A DNA stretch of 64,000 nt from Octopus sinensis (GCF_006345805.1 NC_043011.1:43660464-43724463); one strand, 5' to 3'; counted from the first letter of the stretch, positions 26,991 through 41,200 are shown. Made by a program: numbers and translations. Notes: generated by a model not told the origin, from the sequence alone.

Positions 26991-27341
26991 AATGGTCGGG
27001 GGAGGGGGTCGATTCATTCGACGGTGCTACTTAAGAAGAGTGGTCCCGGTGCGCGCACTCGCGTACTCACGCATGCGCGCTAGCTAGTCGTGACTAGTCG
27101 ATCCTACAACTACCTAGCAAAGTAAATAAAACAGAAAATAAATAATTTTTTTAAAACAAAATAAATAAAACAAAAACAAAAAGTAAATAATTTTTTTAAG
27201 ACAAAGTAAATAAAACACAAAAAGTAAGGATCGACTAGTCACGACTAGCAAGTGCGGATGCGCGAGTAGACGAGTGCGCGCACCGGGACCACTATTTTTA
27301 AGTAGTACCGTCGAATGAATCGACCCCCCCCACCGACCATT
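26991..27341. repeat. CpG-rich inverted repeat with arms of about 115 bp around an A-rich spacer
   Basis: 26991-27105 versus 27227-27341. Confidence 0.95.
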
Positions 27342-29269
27342 CTTCAAGGCGGTGCCCCAGCATGGCCACAGTGAAACGACTGAAACAAAGACAATGCTCC
27401 AGCATGGCCTAGTCAAATGACTGACACAAGTAGAAGAATACATATCATATTTTCCATTTGTTTTTTTTTTAATTCTGAAAAAAAAATGTATGTATGTGTG
27501 TGTATGTGTGCGTGTTAAATGACCGGTTTGTTCCGACCCTAAATTTCGGGTAACAAGAGAGTTGTAACCTAGCACCTACTAAAACGGATCCGACCCGAAG
27601 AATAGCACCTTGTATTTCTTATGAAAATCCCCCCATGCCCTTGTCAAGGTAGACCCCAAAAGAGTCATCAATCCACCTTGTAGCCGGAAGGAAGACATAT
27701 CTATTACTATCTATCTACCTATCTGTCCGTCAATCCTCCCCTTCGTCGCTCTCCACCTAACACCACCTTTTCTTTCTCACCCTCTCATATAATTTCTCTA
27801 CTCCTTAAAGCTCTACCTCTTCCTCTACCTCTTCTCTACCTCCCTCTCCTTCTCTCTCTCTCTTTCCCTCGTTTTCTCCTCTAATCTCTCTTTTTTCTTC
27901 TCCTCCCCTTCTTATAATCACTCACTCCTCTATTTCTTTACTTTTATCTACACCTCTCACTTCACCCCCTTCCCATCTCCAGTTTCTTTGTACTTCCTTC
28001 TACATTCTTTATCTTTCACTTCCTTCTTACCCCGCCCCCCTTATCACCCGGCCTTCCTCTCTCACTTATCTCTTATCTCCCTCTTCCTCCCACATTTTCC
28101 TCCAGTCTTATTTCTTCCCTCTTCCTATTACTCACTGCCAATTTCATTCATGTTTTTCCAGTTACTATTTCACTGTCTCCCCCTTCTCCCTCCAATTATT
28201 TTCTCAGTTCTTAATTTCCTCCCCTTCTCCCCTCACACAGTTTTACCCTTTCTCTCTACATCCCTCTTAGTCCACTTAATCTCTTCCTTCTTTTTTTTCT
28301 TCTTCTTTATATTTATCTTTCTATCTAGTTTCTTTCCTTCTTTCACTTCTTTACTTCATCTCCTCCTACATTCTTGGTTGGCTTCAAGCTCCTAATTCAC
28401 TTCGTTTTACCTCCTCTTCCTCCTCCTTTGGTTATAGTTTTTACACTTTTTCTTCTCCCTCACTTCTTACCTTCGTTCACTCAATTTAAACCTCCTCCTC
28501 CCATCCAGTTGTTTTCGCCTTCCTTTCTCTCTTTTCACTTCCTCTCTTTACATTCCTTCTAATCCTCCTCCTCCTCCTCCTCCTCCTCTCTGTCTATATC
28601 CACTTTAAACAGTTTTCGCCGGTCGTTCTGTGATCACCCATGCTGTGAGTTCGCTCTCTCTACTCTTCTTACGCTCTTTCTTCTTGTTCTCTTTTCTTTT
28701 CTCTTTCCTTCCTTCCTTCCTTCCTTCCTTCCTTTCGCCTCTTTACTCATTGCTTTGTTTGTCTTATCATTTCTTTCTTTCCTTTTGACCAACTTTTATT
28801 CTCACGACCTTCTTTCGCTCGTTTGTAAAAGAACACGAAATCATCTTTCGTTGTCCATCACTTAAGAACAATAGACACACGCACGCACACACACACACAC
28901 CTACAAACACACACACACACACCTACAAACACACACAAACACACACACGCACACATTAATGTGTTAATTTACATAAACATATTTTGACAATTACACACGC
29001 ACACGCGCGCGCGCGCAGAGTTGTCATCTCGCCCTAGGTTGGTTGGTCCTGATCCAGACAGGCGTATGATCAAAAGCCACTCCAGTCTCTTTCTACCGGG
29101 ACATCAAGGACTACAACATCCAACGTGTCCTCCCTTTTTTAAGACTGTGGAGCTTAATTTGAGGGTGAGTTAGCTGTTATTTCTAGTAAACCGTGCGATC
29201 AGATAGCGGTGCCCTCGTTGACTCATCTCCGAAGATGTAGTAAACTAACTCGAATATATACACATTGCA

Positions 29270-29601
29270 CATAGACACACACACACGCACATACATACAT
29301 ACAAACACACATACATACATACATATAAACACACATACATACAAACACACATACATACATACATACATACATACATACATACATACATACAAACACACAT
29401 ACATAAACCACACATACATACATACATACAAACATACATACATACAAACATACATACATACAAACACACATGCATACATACATACATATAAACACACATA
29501 CATACAAACACACATGCATACATACATACATACATACATACAAACACACACACACACATACATACATACATACATACATACACACATACATACATACACA
29601 A

Positions 29602-29632
<31 letters not shown>

Positions 29633-29835
29633 CATACATACATACATACATACATACATACACACATACATACATACATACATACATACATACATACATA
29701 CATACATACATACATACATACATACATACATACACACACATACATACAAACACACATACCTACATACATACAAACACACACACATACAAACACACATACA
29801 CACGCACATACATACATACAAACACATACATACCA
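29270..29835. repeat. (ACAT)n/(AC)n compound microsatellite
   Basis: Direct inspection. Confidence 0.95.
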
Positions 29836-31684
29836 CATGTGTTGGTAATTTAATTTGAATTATGAATGTAGTAAATGTTCTTTTAATGTCAACATCTACA
29901 CGCATGTGCTGGTTCTTACTATACACTTGCTCCAATATATAGACTGTATACAATATATACAGATAAGTGCTTTGCCCGTGGCTAAGAGTTGATTCGACTC
30001 CTATTTCTAGCAATGCTTGGTGCTCACTAACATCCTTAGTCACTTGTGCCCTTCGCTTTTTAAACTGCGAATAGCCACCTTAATTATATATATATATATA
30101 TTATATATATTATGTGTGTGTGTATGTATATATATGTATGTATGTATACTGTTGACTATTGGTTTTTTGTTTATCTTTAGGTTTTTCAAAATTTTTGGGA
30201 CGTGCTGACCAAACAATGCCTCGCCATACCAAATGTAAGTAGAACTACACAGATTTCACATGTTCAATGGTTAAATCTTTCGTATTTAGTGTTGCTGGTG
30301 TTGTTTAACCCCAGGTCAGACCTGATCTGAGGCTTGCTACAGCTGTGATTATCAAGTATTTTTGTGTACAGTCGTGTAGGACTACATTATCCGAAGTGTC
30401 ATTCCATTTTCTTTCTTTCTGACTGCAGGTCGCCGTTTTGGCTGTTGTTTCTAGCAATCGTGCAACTACTACGTAGACGCACCTCCTTGGTCTGTTGTAC
30501 TCAGATTGTATTCCTTTAGTTGTCTCAGTTATTGGACTGCGGTCATACTGGGGCACCGCCTTCATTTTGCATGTGGAAAAATATTAGCAGCTCACAGTAC
30601 ATGCGTGCGCGCGCGCACGTGTGTGTGTATGTATCTTCCATATTATTTTATAAACTTGGGATTCGATGAAAGATTTCGATAAAACTCTTGAAAGAGGTGC
30701 CCCAGACTGGTCGCAAATGCAGCGTTTGAGAGGAAAATGCGAATGCATACGCATACACGCATATATACATGTACATACGCATACATAGATACATACATTT
30801 ACTCAATCACATATACATATATGTGTGTATATATAAGTATATGTTTGTGTGTGTATGTAGGTCTACATGTAGGCAGGTATGTGAGCATATATATGTATGT
30901 GTATGTATCTATAACAAAATAGTTTTCCTCTATCGTACACGTTTTGTTTTAACTTGAAGATTTTATAACTTGCCGATAGAGTGCCGGCAGTGTTTTATAG
31001 ATCGTCTCAGGTTGTGAGTTCAAATCTCACCCGTATCTGCTCTAACTTTCATCGTTCCAGGAACCGATGAACTACCAGTAAAATACTGAAGACTATTTGA
31101 TTGTGTTCTTCTCCCAGCCCCACATCCGACAAAACTTAAGGACTTGTACCGTACGTCAGAAACCAATGTTAACCCCCCTAGTTTCAGCCTTTATCCGGAA
31201 GGTCTATGATAAAAAGCGTTCCGTCCGCGGCCATCCCGACTTTTGCGGACAGTGTGTAGTTAACATTACAATATCTTTCTACCTTTTGTTGCTTAACTTT
31301 AGTTCGCTTCAGTCCTTGAACTGCATCCAAGCTCGGGACACCGCCTTGAGGGGTCTCTGTTATCGAACAGACGGCCCGACGGCTTCGGTACTTTTTAAAT
31401 GTCTGTTTCCTATTCTGCCTGTCACTTTTACCGAACCGTTAAATCACAGGGACATAAACAAACCAGCATCGGTTGTCAAGTGGTGTGCGTGTGAGAAGAG
31501 AGAGAGAGAGAGAAACACAGACACATACATTTATACGACGGGATTCAACACAGTTTCCTTTTCCCAAATTCACTCGGCCATGCTTGCGCCCATGTCACAT
31601 TTTTAAAGATGTTAAATTGTAATCTTTGGAAGATTTGGTTTCTATTTCTAGCAGACAAAAACGGTGACGACATAGGTTCACTTG

Positions 31685-32121
31685 GTTTGATACTGTAGTA
31701 GTAGTAGTAGTTGGATAGTAGTAATTGTAGTAGTAGTAGTTGTAGTAGTAGTAGTAGTGATAGTAGTAACAGTAGTGATAGTAGTAGTAGTAGAGACTGT
31801 AGTAGTAGTAGTTTTAGTGATAGTTGTAGTAGTAGTAGTAGCAGCTGTAGTAGTAGTGGCAATGGTAACAGCAGCAGTAGTAGTAGTAGCGGCAGTGGTT
31901 GTGGTGAAGATGATAGTACTAGTAGTTGCTTAGCTTTAGGACAGACCTATTATGAAAGATGCTCCAGCGGTGACCATCCCGTCTTTTTCTCAAACATAGA
32001 AAACACGAGGCCCCCACCCCCTTTATCTAATGCCTTCTTTCCTGAGACTGCAGAGATGTGGCTTGAGTGAGATTTGGCTGCTATTTCTTGCAGACTGTCT
32101 GATCTTGTAGAAGTTCATATT

Positions 32122-32153
<32 letters not shown>

Positions 32154-32385
32154 GGTAGTAGTAGTAGTAGTAGTGATAGTAGTTGTAGTAGTAGTAGTAG
32201 TAGTAGTAGTAGTAATGATAGTGGTGGTGGTAGTGATTGTAGTAATGGTAGTAGTAGTAGTAGTGATAGTAGCAGTAGTAGTGATAGTATTAGTATTAGT
32301 AGTAGAAGTAGTAGTAGTAGTACTGGTTTTGGTAGTAAGTGGTCAGTGTTCAAGTAGTGGTGGTGGTAGTAGTAGTAGTAGGAGA
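31685..32385. repeat. (AGT)/(GGT) triplet mosaics; similar triplet mosaics at 17225-17520, 43020-43470 and 59570-59740
   Basis: Direct inspection; they explain the poly-S/V/L/P ORFs. Confidence 0.9.
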
Positions 32386-32575
32386 CTGTTCTTCCAAGTG
32401 TTGTTGTTTAGCCCCGAGTCAGTCAGTGCTGATCAAAGGTTCTCCAATAAATGCCATGCTTATTGCTACCACCACCGTCGCCAGGAACAATTTTTGTATC
32501 ATCACCATCACCGCTTATGTCACCCATGACAACAAACCACCACCTCCACCATTACTGTGTTCATATGTCTGTGTG

Positions 32576-32639
<64 letters not shown>

Positions 32640-33297
32640 TATATATACATATATATATATACATATATATACATATATATGTATACATATATATATATAT
32701 ATATAATACACATATATACATATATATATACACACATATATACATATATATGCACATATATACATATATATATATATACACATATATACATATATATATA
32801 CATATATACATATACATATACACATATATATATAGATATACATATATATATATACACATATATACATATATACATATATACAGAGATATATACACATACA
32901 CATACACACATATATATATATATGTATGTATATATCTATCTATATATATATATTGGAAAAAATAAGGTATTTAGAGATCTGGATGGTTGTACATATATAA
33001 ATATTTATTAACATGTCATATGTTTTTACAAAACATATATAAGCGCTTTCATCTGCTCTAATAGATTCTTCAGATTTAAATTTTGTGAAGGGATTTGTCT
33101 CTTTTTATAGTATTAGTGAATGGGTTGGGGTGGAAAGAGAGAGGTGGGAAAAAAGTGTAATGTGGAGTGTATAGGTAGGGTATATATAAAGTGAAGGCAC
33201 ATGGCTTAGTGGTTAGGGCATTCGTCGTGAGTTCAATTCCCAGCAACGCATTGTATCCTTGAGCAAGACACTTTATTTCTCATCACTCCAGTCCACT

Positions 33298-33594
33298 CAG
33301 GGTTCATACAAGATTTTTAGGGGTCTTCACAAGGAAAATAGTAAACTGGGGATCTACAGGAATATTTTAGGGTTCCATCAAAAAATTTTGCTTTAGGTGT
33401 ACAAGAAACAACTAGGTTTGTTTCTCAACTATACATAGTTCAAATCACACAAGTAGATGTGTGAAAAAACAAAACAGGAATTTTGAAAGCAGTATCTCCA
33501 AAACTAGCTTTAAACATTGACAGGCTTTTGGGGTCCACTAGGATAGAATTATTATCAAAGGAGTCCATAGGTAAAAAATGGTTGAGAACCACTG
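33298..33594 (-). mobile_element. hAT (Charlie-like) MITE fragment
   Basis: One terminus reads CAGTGGTTCTCAACC on the minus strand; no partner end seen. Confidence 0.45.
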
Positions 33595-34313
33595 TGCTAA
33601 AGGGTTAAATGTAGTCACCATAGCTGAAGGACTGTTCCTTATGTGTGGGTCTCTACCAGATACACTGTTCTATCATCAACAATGTTTAACTGTACTAATT
33701 TATGGCCCTGCATTAATTTGGGTTCAAGTATTGCTTTCCAGTCACATGAAGTCAGGTTCAATCCTTTTGTGTTGCACCGTTGGCCTTTGACAAGTGTCCA
33801 CTGTAGTTCTTGTGAGGAGATTTGGTTGATGAAAATGAAAATAGGCCATTCATCATCATCATCCTTTAACGTCCGCTTTCCATGCTGAAATGGGTTGGAC
33901 AATTTGACTGAGGTTTGGCAAACCAGATGCCTGCATCAGGCTCCAATCTGATCTGGCAGAGTTTCTACAGCTGGATGCCCTTCCTAATGTCAACCACTCC
34001 GAGAATGTAGTGGGTGCTTTTATGTGCCACCCGCACGAGGGCCAGTCGTCTGGTACTGGCAATGGCCATGCTCAAATGGTGCTTTTTATGTGCCACCTGC
34101 ACAGGAGCCAGTCCAGCGGCACTGGCAATGACCTCGCTCGAATGTTTTTTCATGTGCCACCAGCACAAGTGCCAGTAAGGTGATGCAGGTAACGATCACG
34201 CTCGAATGGTGCTTTTAACGTGCCATATATATATGGCACGTTGTCAGCGGTGGTGCCCGGGGCTAAAACATTTTTAAGGATTTATATATATATATATATT
34301 TGCTCAAATGTGC

Positions 34314-34539
34314 TAAAAAAGGGGTGTTGAAAAGTTCACAGCTTTAAGGGTATCACAAAAGGCCTGGTTGGAGCCCCAATCTTCCATGATTTTTTTTACA
34401 GGTCTTAGAAAAGCTGAAGAACCACGGCAATAAGTGTGTGAATCTGAAAGAGAAATATGTTGAATAAAATCATAATTAACTGATCCCCTTTTGTTTTCTT
34501 TTACCCAAAGCCAGGAAGTTTTCAGCACCCCTTCGTGTA
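34314..34539. mobile_element. Mariner-type MITE
   Basis: Imperfect TIRs ggggtgttgaaaagttcacagcttt / aaagccaggaagttttcagcacccc in a TA context. Confidence 0.6.
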
Positions 34540-34849
34540 TATGTGTGTGTGTGCATGTGTGTGTGTGTGTGTGTGTGCATGTTTGTTGCTGTCTCTTTGC
34601 CCTGACTTCATGGGATAATCCTAAAATGACTGTCACCCTTTCCAATCTTCTGAGACGTGTCTGGACATGAGGGGGAAATATTTGCCTTCTTTGGAAATGG
34701 ATGAAGGTTGGCAATAGGAAGGGCATCGGGCCATAGAAAAATCCAGATCAACAAGTCCTGTCCAAACCATGAGAGCAAGGAAAAATGGAAGTTAAATGGT
34801 GATGATGACGATGATGATGATGATGATGATATGATACTAACTCTCGAGT

Positions 34850-35068
34850 TTAACCTTTTGACATTTATACCAAACTGTTAAAAAAAAAACAGGCCAGATC
34901 TGACCTTTCACACCTACCCTACAATGTCATTCTAAAACTGAACAATCACATTGCTACTGAGATTTGTCTGAAGCTTGTGGTGGAGATAAGGTATGATTAA
35001 TTCCTTGAAAAGAACCTCATAAATAAGCATTACAGTTTGACAGGGTAATCTAAAGGCTTCAGGGTTAA
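34850..35068. mobile_element. TTAA-bounded MITE (piggyBac-like); a related copy at about 40260-40850 is interrupted by a SINE
   Basis: TTAACC...GGGTTAA ends; body shared with 40320-40468. Confidence 0.4.
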
Positions 35069-35348
35069 TTCTCACAAAGAGATTGCTTGGCATTCAATGG
35101 TAAAAAAATAAAATAAAATACCTGTAATTTAGAGGAGCAGGGGATGGGGGTTGGCGTAAGGGGGTAGGTTTAGACCTAATCAACTAACCCTTCCACCCCA
35201 CCAACCGCCTCCCTCCCTCTGCTCTATGTCTGATGTCATTTAGTGTTCATTAATTTGTTTAGCATTGATGTGTGTGTGTGTGTGTTTCTGTAGTGAGAAC
35301 TACCATGTCTATTGTTAAAAAAAAACTCCACCTGATCTAGATACCGAA

Positions 35349-35361
35349 AGGTCAAAGGTCA
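35349..35361 (+). promoter_or_regulatory. Perfect nuclear-receptor DR1 site AGGTCA-A-AGGTCA
   Basis: Exact motif match in unique sequence; function untested. Confidence 0.3.
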
Positions 35362-35731
35362 AGAAGGGAACAGCAGCAGGGTTGGCACGGGGGGGGGTGG
35401 GGGGAGGGTGATAGTGGGGGGTAGGGTGTAGGGTGGAGGTGTAGGAGTTGGAGTGATGTCACCTTTAATTTAAGTATGAAAGAATTAGCCAAGTATCACA
35501 GTATCTCCTTCAGTTCTAGACACCTTCTATGGTTCATGTGATATATATACATACATATACATACATACATACATGTGTGTGTGTGTGTGTTTATTTTGGA
35601 ATGGTTTCCATGACTAAAGGCCTCCACTCCTGTCGTTCTCAGCAACTAATCACTTTATAACAAGGACTAGCTACAATTTCATTTTAACAGTCCCCCTAGA
35701 GACTGGTGTCTCCTCTGTCTTTATAGACCCT

Positions 35732-35780
<49 letters not shown>

Positions 35781-36103
35781 TATATATATATATGCGTGTG
35801 TCTGTGTGTGTGCATGCATGTTAGTGTGTATACACACACACACACACACATACATACACACACACACACACACAATCACACACACATACACACCACCACA
35901 TACATACATACATACATACATACATACATACATACATACATACATACATACATACATAAATACATACATACATACATACATGCATGCATGCATGCATGTA
36001 TGTATGTATGTAATGGCCTGAACACCCTCCCTGTACATAACTCCATGTCCCCCTACATGGCCTTGCTTTTTGCTTTTTGAGCCAAAAAATTAACTTAACT
36101 AAC

Positions 36104-36135
<32 letters not shown>

Positions 36136-36189
36136 ATAGATGTATGTATATATTTATCTCTATCTATCTATCTATCTATATATGTATAT

Positions 36190-36492
36190 ATCATCATGTG
36201 ACCGACCAGGCCATCAGATGTTGCTACACATCGCTGGTCACAATGCGCTTCGCATTGTTTTAGCCTTCAAATGATGCCACCCCGCTGGCTAAGCGAGCAG
36301 GCCAAGAGAAGAAAGAGTGAGAGAAAGTTGTGGTGAAAGAGTACAGCAGGGATCGCCACCACCCCCTGCTGGAGCCTCGTGGAGCTTCAGGTGTTTTCGC
36401 TCAATAAACACTCACAACACCCGGTCTGGGAATCGAAACCGCAATCCTACAACTGCGAGTCCACTGCCCTAACCACTGGGCCATTGCACCTC
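36190..36492 (-). mobile_element. tRNA-derived SINE
   Basis: Minus head tggcccagtggttagggc..ggtttcgattccc, ending in a (GAT) tail. Confidence 0.75.
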
Positions 36493-36502
36493 CACGTATA
36501 CG

Positions 36503-36533
<31 letters not shown>

Positions 36534-36744
36534 TTTTATGTGTGAGTGTATGTGTGTGTGTAAATGTATGTATGTGTGTTTATATGTATGTAAATGTGTA
36601 TATGTATCTTTTATATCTTTTATCTTTTATCGTATATTTGTCTCAGTTGTTAAGTGGTGATGGTGGGGACAAACACAGACACACACACACACATAAATAT
36701 ATACATACATACACATACATACATACATACATACATACATACAT

Positions 36745-36780
<36 letters not shown>

Positions 36781-36788
<8 letters not shown>

Positions 36789-37347
36789 CAAAATGGGATA
36801 AGAACGCAAAACATCCAGACAGGTGATACAAAAATGGGACAACAAAACATCCAGATAGACGATACAAAGAAAACAAGGACGGGTCATTTGTAGTTTTCTT
36901 TCCTCAGTCGAGTACCAGATTATCTTTGCAATTTCAGCTGATTATACTCGAGACTGCTCCAATCTGGCCAGCTCCAAGGAAAAACTAAGCTAAGAGCATT
37001 AGATTCCTTGGAAGAAAGCAGCAAATGTATACAAAAACAAGGACGGAAAAAAAACGGACAATGTTACACAAATACAATAGAAATAATAACAGGAGCACAA
37101 AAAAACACCTTTTGAGTATGGTCACTGCCAGAACCGCCTGACCGGACCTTGTGCCTGTGGCACGTAAAAGCACTCACTACACTCTCGGAGTGGTTGGTGT
37201 TAGGACCCTTCCTAACGCCAACCAGCTGTAGAAACTTTACCAGATCAGACTGGAGCCTGGTGCAGCCTCTGGCTCACTAGTGCTCAGTCAAACCATCCAA
37301 CCCATGCCAGCATGGAAAGCGGACATAAAACGATGATGATGATTATG

Positions 37348-37409
<62 letters not shown>

Positions 37410-38063
37410 CATACATACATACATACATATATATATATAATATATATATATATATATAATATATATATATGAAATACAAAATGGGATAGAAAGAACGCAT
37501 CCCAACAGGTGATACAAAAATGGGACAACAAAACATCCAGATAGACGATACAAAAGAAAAAACAAGGACGGGTCATTTGTAGTTTTCTTTCCTCAGTCGA
37601 GTACCAGATTATCTTTGCAATTTCAGCTGATTATACTCGAGACTGCTCCCATCTGGCCAGCTCCAAGGAAAAACTAAGCTAAGAGCATTAGATTCCTTGG
37701 AAGAAAGAAAGCAGCAAATGTATACAAAAACAAGGACGGAAAAAAAACGGACAATGTTACACAAATACAATAGAAATAATAACAGGAGCACAAAAAAAAA
37801 CACCTTTTGAGTATGGCACTGCCAGACCGCCTGACCGGACCTTGTGCCTGTGGCACTAAAAGCACCCACTACACTCTCGGAGTGGTTGGTGTTGGGACCT
37901 TCCTAACGCCAACCAGCTGTAGAAACTTTACCAGATCAGACTGGAGCCTGGTGCAGCCTCTGGCTCACTAGTGCTCAGTCAAACCATCCAACCCATGCCA
38001 GCATGAAAGCGGACATGAAACGATGATGATGATTATGTATATCATATATATATATATATATAT

Positions 38064-38096
<33 letters not shown>

Positions 38097-38117
38097 ACAT
38101 ACATACATACATAATAT
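36781..38117. repeat. Tandem duplication, period 688 bp
   Basis: Unit starts atgaaatacaaaatgggata at 36781 and 37469; small indels and substitutions between units. Confidence 0.95.
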
Positions 38118-40468
38118 ATATATATTATATATATAATATATATATATATAATAGAAGAACAAACTTACTTAGAAATGGATGCGTGCGTTCCGTCATATAA
38201 TAAATTAATAATTTATATATATATATAATATATATAGATAGATAGATAGATATAGATACATGTATATATATGTGTGTGTGTATACTTATATCTGTGTATG
38301 CCTATATGTATACATAATTATGCCATGGTTAAGTTATTTTGTTTTGGCTTTCCCTTCTCCTCCCCGCACCTCATTACACTAATTATAGAAATAATTATTT
38401 CTCTCTTTAGCTAATTAATATCCTGTCCTGACCATATGTTTTATCACTTAACTATTTATTATTCAGGCATTTTTTCTCTGTCTGATGGCCATGGCAAAAG
38501 TGGTTGTATGGTAGACGGCCAAGCCCTCATTGTCTTTTTAGAATTCCATTTCAAAATTAAGATAGGGTTCAAGAGGGATGTGCTGTCCTAGATCCCCCAG
38601 TAAATTTGTTGAAATTTGAATGAATGTGGCAAGGAAGGCCCAAGTGTGTTGACCTACTCTAAGCCTTGTGTTCTATAAAGAAATAATAATAATAATTATT
38701 ATTATTATTATCATTATTATTATTATTATTCTTGAGTGAGAGAGTAGTGCATGCCATTAAACTGACACTGGGGTAAAATATACGAAGCCCAGTATACCCA
38801 TCACAACTACTCATCTGATAAGGGTACACTAGACACATGCATCACAACCATATGTGTGCGACATGGTGATCTCATATCAAGATAAACAGTGCGTGACCAT
38901 GCAGGTGGGGCCCAGTTAGAATTTTCTTCTGGTTGAGTAACCCATCCCACTCAAAAGGTTCCTGAATAAGGGTTGTTTAAGGATGTTGAACGAACCACCC
39001 ATGTTTCCAGAGGTGAATCATTCAGACCCAAAAGAATCTCTCTCAACACCTGGCTATGATGCCCCCCACTACTTCTGCTCGTGATCAGAGATGCACATAT
39101 CATCAGCCATTAAGGGACATGTTCAACTGGTTATGGTCAAACAACTGACAAGCAAATTTGTAGTATTGAGCAGAATATTTGCTGTAGCCCATCTTTTATA
39201 CCAAGACAAAACAATGTACATGATAACACTTCTAATCAGTTAAGATTAGAAGCCATGAGAGCCACTGTTTGGTACTGCATCAGAGCATTTATTATTATTA
39301 TTATTATTATTATTGCTGTTGTTGTTATTACTCTCGGAGTGGTTGGCGTTATGAAGGGCATCCAGCTGTAGAAACTCTGCCAGATCCGATTGGAGCCTGG
39401 TGCAGCCATCTGGTTCGCCAGTCCTCAGTCAAATCGTCCAACCTATGCTAGCATAGAAAGCGGATGTTAAACGATGATGATGATGATGATGACGATGTTA
39501 TTATTATTATTATTGTTGTTAAGACAACAAGACAGCTGGATCATTAGGACACAGGACAAAATACCTGTTGGCATTTTATCTTTCTTTTCATTCTGAGCTT
39601 AAATGGTGCAGGGGTTGACTGTGCCATTCTATTTTCAGGATAGATAAAATAAGTACCAGTTGAGTACTGGGGTCGATGTAACCGACTCAAAATTTCAGGC
39701 CTTGTGCCTATTGTAGAAGGAATTATTATTGAGACCTTTTCTTTTTTTGAAGCGTCTCCTCTATTGGGAGTTTTTGTAAATTGTTGAATTTTTGTTGTTG
39801 TTATAAAGCTTGTTTACACGGACTTTTTTCTTTCGAAAAATGGACAAAACCTTTTGTAACCTTTCGTCCTGTTTTGTCCCTTTATGTTTTCCAATCATAT
39901 TTGTCAGCCCTTGTGACCAATAAAAGAATTTATTATTATCATCATCATCATCATCATCCACCACCACCACCATCACCATCATCATCATCATCATCATCAT
40001 TATTATTATTATTATTATTATTAAAGCAGAGAACAGACAAAATCTGTCTTCTAATTCTATTTTTAACAGGTTGAACCTTCTTTTTCTGTTGTTGTTCTTG
40101 TTGTTGCAATCATCCACCCACCCCACCACCACCACCACCACCACCACCACCCCACCAAAGTGAAACCACAGCCTGGTTTTAACAATGTTGATGTGTATAC
40201 AATGTTTTAGTAAACCTAATGTTAAAGGTCACCCTTTTTCTTTCAAAGGTCAACAGAGTAATCTGAATGCTAAATGGTTAAACCAGCCATATCCAACCCA
40301 CCACACATTCTACCTGTTCTATGTTCAAACTGCTAGGATCTGGCCTCTCACACATACCCTATAGTATCATTCTAAAAATAGACAATCACATCATCAACAT
40401 CTGAAAGCTGTGAGACAATACATGATTAATTCAAAACAATGTGAATAAATAAGCATTACATTTGACAG

Positions 40469-40818
40469 AGTGAAAAGGTAAAGACCCCCTTCGGTCATGA
40501 ATGACCATGGGATTGCACCTAGAAAGTACCCCCTCCGAGGCACAAGTCTAGGTAAGCTTATTTATGGAAGGCCAGCAGTCGCTCATGCATGCCAGCCTCT
40601 CCTCTCCACGCCACTGATGTTATCCAAGGGAAAAGCAAAAGGGGCCGATACAGCTGGGCACCAGTGATGTCGCAACTCATTTCTACAGCTGAGTAAACTG
40701 GAACAATGTGAAATAAAGTGTCTTGCTCAAGAACACAACACACTGTCTGGGCCAGGAATCGATCTTACTACCTCATGACTGTGAGCCCGGTACTCTAACC
40801 ACTAAGCCATGCACCTTC
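40469..40818 (-). mobile_element. tRNA-derived SINE family D with an 11-bp target-site duplication
   Basis: acatttgacag at 40458-40468 and 40819-40829; head ggcttagtggttaga..cgattcc. Related pieces at 33195-33300 and 45640-45910. Confidence 0.85.
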
Positions 40819-40869
40819 ACATTTGACAGGGTAATCTGAATGTTTACAAGGGTAACTGTAGTATATTGT

Positions 40870-41200
40870 TTCATCCCCTGCGGAGTGCTTCTCCCATATT
40901 TAGCATGGTGGTGCTGTTATGCACACTGACATCATATCAACAGAAGGGCCACTCAACTGAGTGGCACTCCAGCATGTGGTTTCTCCTCTCTATTCCATTG
41001 CTACAATAATGTCCTCCACTCCTCAGAGCTAGCTGGATTCATTATTCCACCCCTCAGGGCATCCCTGACCATTCCTCCTCTACATTCTTCCATTACTAAC
41101 CACTGTGCCCAATCCTTAATCCCCTGTACATCATCCCTTTGGAATCAATTTCCCACTATTGACCTCCAGCATTTTCTACAGAATGTTAGCAAAATCAGTC
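40870..41200 (+). mobile_element. CR1/Jockey-group LINE relic
   Basis: ECFSHI*HGGA..HT, then RRATQL..SSLFHCYNNVLHSSELAGFIIPPLR..QSLIPCTSSLWNQFP..LQHF, matching the RT C-terminal pattern. Confidence 0.7.

Noticed and set aside
29183-30043. 286-aa ORF and overlapping CVCMYV/HTYI ORFs
   Set aside because: Translation of an (ACAT)n microsatellite; the same applies to most long ORFs in the track (25361, 32339, 47809, 50885).
36900-36960. CTGA(A/G)GA motif in the repeat family at 24001, 36781, 37469, 44080 and 50070 as a hammerhead
   Set aside because: No consistent stem II, GAAA or stem I pairing could be drawn in any copy.
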